Positions 7,195 to 11,221 of a stretch of DNA of 11,221 nt are shown in pieces. The notes beneath the pieces were generated by a model. The model saw only the letters and a program-made list of their open reading frames with translations. It searched no databases and was not told where the DNA came from. The stretch lies in the NCBI GenBank assembly GCA_041288095.1, contig JBGGMJ010000029.1, forward strand, positions 1 to 11,221. Reading direction: 5' to 3'. The DNA comes from Myxococcota bacterium. Its GTDB lineage: Bacteria; Myxococcota; XYA12-FULL-58-9; JALHOP01. Both the position numbers and the translations under genes were made by a program. Positions within the stretch are counted from its first letter, which is position 1. Every line of letters begins with the position of its first letter.

Positions 7195-7695
7195 ATGGCC
7201 GGCGTAAACAAAGTGATTCTCGTAGGTAATCTCGGTGCTGACCCCGAAGTGCGTTACACGCCCAGCGGGCAGCCCGTCGCCAACTTCCGCATTGCTACGT
7301 CCGAGAGCTGGATGGACAAGCAAGGCCAGAAGCAAGAGCGCACCGAGTGGCACCGCATCGTCGCTTGGGGAAAGCTCGCCGAGCTCTGCGGCGAATATCT
7401 CGCCAAGGGCCGTCAGGTGTACGTCGAGGGCAAGCTCCAGACCCGCCAGTGGGATGACCGCGACGGCAACAAGAAGTACTCGACCGAAATTCAGGCGCAG
7501 CAGATCACCTTCCTCGGCGGCCGCGATGGCGCCCCGCGTGGCGAGGGTGGGTTTGCGCGTGACAACGGCGGCCAGAACGGACGGCGGCCGGCTGGTCCCG
7601 AAGGTGGCGGCGGTCCGGGTGGTCCCGGTGGCGGTGGCGAAGACAACTTCGACTACGGTCCGCCCCCGATGACGGACGACGACGTTCCATTCTGA
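7195..7695 (+). CDS. ssb: Single-stranded DNA-binding protein
   Basis: [37 protein letters not shown], Gly-rich linker, acidic tail DDDVPF; SD GGAG at 7185-7188. Confidence 0.98.
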   Translation: MAGVNKVILVGNLGADPEVRYTPSGQPVANFRIATSESWMDKQGQKQERTEWHRIVAWGKLAELCGEYLAKGRQVYVEGKLQTRQWDDRDGNKKYSTEIQAQQITFLGGRDGAPRGEGGFARDNGGQNGRRPAGPEGGGGPGGPGGGGEDNFDYGPPPMTDDDVPF

Positions 7696-7710
7696 TTGGA
7701 ACACGATGCT

Positions 7711-7745
7711 TCATGCCGGTGACACACCAAGTGTCATCGGCGTGA
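7711..7745 (+). terminator. 15-bp RNA hairpin after ssb (terminator or 3' stabilising stem; no U-tract)
   Basis: TCATGCCGGTGACAC-accaa-GTGTCATCGGCGTGA: 13 Watson-Crick pairs plus 2 G-U pairs that form only on the + strand. Confidence 0.6.
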
Positions 7746-7846
7746 GCGCCATGCGCTAGAACGCTCGAGCGGACGCGCTGTGCCCGTTCCGCGGCGTGGC
7801 ACGTCGCTCGCATTCGTGAGCTCCCGAACCCAAACCGGGAGCAATC

Positions 7847-8122
7847 ATGAGCCAAGTCAACAGCGCCACGACCGTTGGTGGTCTTCCAGCAGCGCCGAAC
7901 AGCGAATCACCGCACCAGCAACCCAACGCAGAGCGCGTCGGAGGCGGGCGCGCGCCGCGCCAGCTGCCCAAGAGGCCGCAGCCGGCAGGTGGAGCCGAGC
8001 AACAACCAGCGGCCACTTTCGAGACCGCGCCGCAACGTGACAACGGCAACGCCACGGCGCCGAGTCGCCCCGAGCCCCCGGCTCCGCGGGGCAGCTCCGG
8101 TGTTAGACGCGCTCCGCGCTAG
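7847..8122 (+). CDS. Small Pro/Ala/Gln/Arg-rich, probably disordered hypothetical protein, 91 aa
   Basis: ATG preceded by GGGAG (7837-7841, 5 nt spacing); ends before the candidate YihY promoter and start; no recognisable domain. Confidence 0.5.
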   Translation: MSQVNSATTVGGLPAAPNSESPHQQPNAERVGGGRAPRQLPKRPQPAGGAEQQPAATFETAPQRDNGNATAPSRPEPPAPRGSSGVRRAPR

Positions 8123-8151
8123 GGGTGAGACGCCCGCCGCGAGCGCTTTAC

Positions 8152-8180
8152 TTGTCCCGATTCTCGCGCGCGGGCACCCT
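8152..8180 (+). promoter_or_regulatory. Candidate promoter TTGTCC-N17-CACCCT, 6 nt before ATG 8187
   Basis: -35 at 8152-8157, weak -10 at 8175-8180, then gtcgcc ATG; no SD. Confidence 0.4.
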
Positions 8181-8186
8181 GTCGCC

Positions 8187-9611
8187 ATGCCCAACGGCTC
8201 GCCTCGCGAGAAAAAACGGCGCCCATGGACGGGCGTCGTCAAAGCCGTCGACCGCTTTCTCGCGAGCGACATGCGCAACGCGCCGCGCTGGCGCCGCTTT
8301 ACCGTCCACTACTTGCGCGTGCTCATCTTCGTGTCGCGTCCCGAGGTGCTGACGCGCTTGCGCCTGCGCGCGCAAGCCCTCTCCTTCCAAACCGTCTTCG
8401 CCATCGTGCCGCTGTTCGCGGTCTTCTTCGTCATCTTCAAGGGCTTCGGCGGCATGGACGCGGTCCAAGGCCGACTCGAGAAGCTCATCGTCGAGAATCT
8501 CGCCGGTGGCTCCGAGCTTTCGGCGCAGGTGACCAACTACATTCAGCACGCTGTAGCGAACGTCAGCGGCAAGACCCTCGGCGTCGTCTCGATTGTCCTG
8601 CTCATCTACTCGGTGCTCGGTCTCATGCAGAACATCGAGGATTCGTTCAACGACATCTTCGGTGTGAAGAAGGGGCGCGCCTGGGACATCCGCATCGTCC
8701 TCTACTGGACCGCCTTGACCCTCGGACCCTTGCTCATCGGCGCGTCGCTAGCGCTCACCGCCTTCCTGCAGAACGACGCGGTGTTGGGCATCGTGAAGAG
8801 CTTCGGCTTCATCAGCGCCGCGTTGATCCAGATGACACCGCTGGTGGTCACGTGGATTGCCTTCGGAGCGCTCTACCTCGTCGTGCCCAACAGCCGCGTC
8901 AGCTTCAAAGCCGCGGCCGCGGCGGCCGTCGTCGCCGGCTCGGCATGGAGCGCGGCGAAGTTCGGCTATGCCATCTATGCCAAGAAGAGCGTCACCACGC
9001 TCTCGATCTACGGCACCATGGCCGCCCTGCCACTGTTCTTCTTCTGGCTCTATGTCTCGTGGATCATCGTCCTCTTTGGCGCACAGGTGGCCTTCGCGTT
9101 CCAGAACGCCGCGACCTATCGCGAAGAAGACGACGCGCAACGCGCGAATCCCCTGGCCCGAGAACGCGCCGCCGTGCGCCTCTACATCGAGATCGCCCGC
9201 GACTTCTTCGACGGGCGCCCCTCGACCAACCCCGACTACGCCGCGGCGGCGCTTGGTCTACCGCGTCGTCTGCTCGAGCGGATTGTCCAGGCGCTCAAGG
9301 AAGGCGGCTTCTTGCGCACGGTCGACGGCGAAGCCGGCCTCATCCCGGCCAAAGACCTCGGCCAGGTGACCATCTCCGACCTCCTCACGCATTTGCGCAG
9401 TGGCGTCGGCACGTCGCCGCAGCTCGCTGACGACGACGTCTTGCACTTCATCGACGACGTATTCGGTGCCCTTGCCCGCGAGCAGCACCGCATCACCGGC
9501 GACCTCGACTTCCGTACCCTGGCGCAGAAATTCGCGGCCGTGCGTCGTCCGGCGAGCGAGGACCCGGTCGAGCTTGCTGTCGCCGCCGAGGCGACCGCCA
9601 AGGTGGACTAG
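8187..9611 (+). CDS. YihY/virulence factor BrkB family inner membrane protein with C-terminal Rrf2-like winged helix, ~474 aa
   Basis: RAQALSFQTVFAIVP, NIEDSFNDIF, YWTALTLGP, LYLVVPNSRV, IYGTMAALPLFFFWLYVSWIIVLFGAQ; C-terminal AAALGLPRRLLERIVQALKEGGFL...LIPAKDLGQVTISDLL. Start moved from 7875 to ATG 8187. Confidence 0.92.
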   Translation: MPNGSPREKKRRPWTGVVKAVDRFLASDMRNAPRWRRFTVHYLRVLIFVSRPEVLTRLRLRAQALSFQTVFAIVPLFAVFFVIFKGFGGMDAVQGRLEKLIVENLAGGSELSAQVTNYIQHAVANVSGKTLGVVSIVLLIYSVLGLMQNIEDSFNDIFGVKKGRAWDIRIVLYWTALTLGPLLIGASLALTAFLQNDAVLGIVKSFGFISAALIQMTPLVVTWIAFGALYLVVPNSRVSFKAAAAAAVVAGSAWSAAKFGYAIYAKKSVTTLSIYGTMAALPLFFFWLYVSWIIVLFGAQVAFAFQNAATYREEDDAQRANPLARERAAVRLYIEIARDFFDGRPSTNPDYAAAALGLPRRLLERIVQALKEGGFLRTVDGEAGLIPAKDLGQVTISDLLTHLRSGVGTSPQLADDDVLHFIDDVFGALAREQHRITGDLDFRTLAQKFAAVRRPASEDPVELAVAAEATAKVD

Positions 9612-9728
9612 GCCCCTCGACGTCGCGCTAGGTCGACGCCACCTCAACGATGTCGCGCTTCGGAACGCCCTGGACCGCCAGCAGGCCTAGAGCTTTTTGG
9701 GCCCGCCGCAGATGAGCCACCGAATTCG

Positions 9729-9757
9729 TTGACATCCACCCCCCTACACCAGACAAT
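9729..9757 (+). promoter_or_regulatory. Sigma70-like promoter TTGACA-N17-GACAAT, 6 nt before GTG 9764
   Basis: Perfect -35 at 9729-9734, 17 nt spacer, 4/6 -10 at 9752-9757. Confidence 0.7.
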
Positions 9758-9763
9758 TCGCGG

Positions 9764-11206
9764 GTGTTGCCGGCGAACTTCGCGCGCCGTATGGGTCCGC
9801 TCGTGTGCGTTGCGGGAGCAATGCTCGTGTCGCCGCGCTTTGCCGGCGCCGCCGACGACGACACCCTGAATCTGGTGCCCGGCCAGCAGAAAATCCTGCA
9901 AGCACCGGGTGTTACGCGCATCGCCATCGGCAACCCCAACGTCGCGGACGTGAAGGTCGTCACCGCCGGCCAGGTGCTCGTGACCGCCACCGGCATCGGC
10001 GAGACCGAGCTCACCGTCTGGCGAGGCTCGAAGGTCGCCAACTACACGGTGGTCGTCACCAAGCTCGACCCGCGTGAGCTCAAGCGCGAGGTCGACAAGA
10101 TGCTCGGCGATCGCGATGGTTTGTCGACGCGCATCGCCAAGGATCGCGTCATCATCGAGGGCAGCGCACAGCAACGCTCCGACATCGAGCGTGTCGACGA
10201 AGTTACTCGGCTGTATCCGCAGGTGCAGTCGCTCGTGAAGCTCGACCCCTCCGCCAGCGCCCTCCTAGCCGAGTCGCTGAACAAGCAACTGACGCGCGTC
10301 GGCCTGACCAACGCGCGAGCCACCGTGGTCGGCAGCACGATCTTCCTCGAGGGCATGGTCGACAGCGAAGCCGATCTGAAGAAGGCCGAAATCATCACCG
10401 CGAACCAGGGTCAGAACATCCAGAGCGTGCTGCGAGTCGGCAGCTCAAAGATGATCGAGCTCGACTGTGAGTTCGTCGAGATCTCGAAGAGCTCGCTCGA
10501 CCGCATCGGCGTCACCTGGCCGACGGACATCAACGGCGACGCCAACATCAACTACACGCGCACCAGCGTTCTTTCGGGCGCCCAGGCAAGTAGCGAGATC
10601 CTCACCGGCACCGTGAGCGCCCGCGCATCACTGGGACTCGCACTGCGCTTTCAAGATGGCGTGACCCGCACCCTCGCCCGCCCCCGCTTGGTCACCGCCA
10701 GCAACCAGGAAGCCTCGATGCTCGCGGGCGGCGAGCTGCCGATCCCAATCATCACCGAGGACCGCGTCTACATCGAATACAAAGAATACGGCATCCGCTT
10801 GAAGATCACGCCGATCGCGGACGCGTCGGGGACCATTCAGACCAAGGTCATGACCGAGATCAGTCAGATCGACCAAGCCACCACGGTGCAGGGCGTCCCC
10901 GGCCTCACCACGCGACGCGTGCAAACCGAAGTGACTGTCCGCGATGGCGACACCATCGTGCTCTCCGGGCTGCTCTACCTCACCGAAGGCAAGGACGTGA
11001 CCAAGGTGCCCATCCTCGGCCACATCCCGATCATCGGTGAGCTATTCAAGAGCAGGCAGTTTCGCGACAGCCAGACCGAGCTGGTAGTGTTCGTCACGCC
11101 GCGCTTGGTCGACCCACTCGCCAAGAGTCTGCGGGAGCTCTCCACGCAGATTCTCAACAAGTACAAAGACGCTGAAGACGACGTCGCTTTCGGCCTTCTG
11201 GATTAG
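9764..11206 (+). CDS. cpaC: Tad/Flp pilus secretin (CpaC/RcpA family): signal peptide, pilus N-terminal domain, BON-like domains, secretin domain
   Basis: VTRIAIGNPNVADV...VLVTATGIGETELTVW; secretin core LARPRLVTASNQEASMLAGGELPIP, YKEYGIRLKITP, RRVQTEVTVRDGDTIVLSGL, KVPILGHIPIIGELFKS, TELVVFVTP; signal-like RRMGPLVCVAGAMLVSPRFAGA. Confidence 0.93.
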   Translation: MLPANFARRMGPLVCVAGAMLVSPRFAGAADDDTLNLVPGQQKILQAPGVTRIAIGNPNVADVKVVTAGQVLVTATGIGETELTVWRGSKVANYTVVVTKLDPRELKREVDKMLGDRDGLSTRIAKDRVIIEGSAQQRSDIERVDEVTRLYPQVQSLVKLDPSASALLAESLNKQLTRVGLTNARATVVGSTIFLEGMVDSEADLKKAEIITANQGQNIQSVLRVGSSKMIELDCEFVEISKSSLDRIGVTWPTDINGDANINYTRTSVLSGAQASSEILTGTVSARASLGLALRFQDGVTRTLARPRLVTASNQEASMLAGGELPIPIITEDRVYIEYKEYGIRLKITPIADASGTIQTKVMTEISQIDQATTVQGVPGLTTRRVQTEVTVRDGDTIVLSGLLYLTEGKDVTKVPILGHIPIIGELFKSRQFRDSQTELVVFVTPRLVDPLAKSLRELSTQILNKYKDAEDDVAFGLLD

Positions 11207-11215
11207 GGACTTGCT

Positions 11216-11221
11216 ATGGTC
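11216..11221 (+). CDS. Possible start of the next co-transcribed gene, truncated by the window edge
   Basis: ATG 9 nt after the cpaC stop, preceded by purine-rich AGGGA. Only two codons visible. Confidence 0.3.

Noticed and set aside
7590-7640. GGT/GGC/CCG short repeats
   Set aside because: They encode the normal Gly/Pro linker of SSB.
7875-8186. 104 aa N-terminal extension of YihY, or a programmed frameshift from the 91 aa ORF
   Set aside because: The extension is Arg-rich and looks off-frame; no slippery site seen; ATG 8187 has its own promoter-like geometry.
3425-9430. Long shadow ORFs (3425-4390, 4255-5151, 5749-7077, 7177-7704, 8225-9430)
   Set aside because: Antisense or off-frame to genes with clear family motifs; expected in high-GC DNA.
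9615-9659. Direct repeat cctcgacgtcgcgct / cctcaacgatgtcgcgct after YihY
   Set aside because: Two short, gapped, GC-rich copies; not distinguishable from chance without homologs.
9821-9823. ATG with GGGAG as the cpaC start
   Set aside because: It would remove the basic n-region and most of the hydrophobic core of the signal peptide.

Overview
GC-rich bacterial window; gene content (PilZ-TM-AMIN protein, Tad/CpaC secretin, HNH protein type) suggests a Myxococcota-like organism (inference). Left to right: an HNH-nuclease gene (-) enclosed by a ~75-100 bp imperfect inverted repeat with internal palindromes, plus a third degenerate copy and a G+T skew reversal; an orphan ~600 aa protein (-) with a candidate transglutaminase/papain-like Cys-His-Asn triad; fpr (-) divergent from a CalB-like aldehyde dehydrogenase (+); a PilZ-TM-AMIN protein (-) divergent from ssb (+); a hairpin-rich spacer and a 91 aa low-complexity ORF; a YihY protein with a C-terminal winged helix; a CpaC/RcpA secretin; and a possible next start at the right edge. 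Best candidate for an undescribed system: the repeat-bounded HNH element with no transposase (about 1-1420). Also, five or six genes have a -10-like hexamer 5-6 nt before the start codon, suggesting widespread leaderless mRNAs. No tRNA, rRNA or CRISPR array recognised. All alignments and counts were done by hand.
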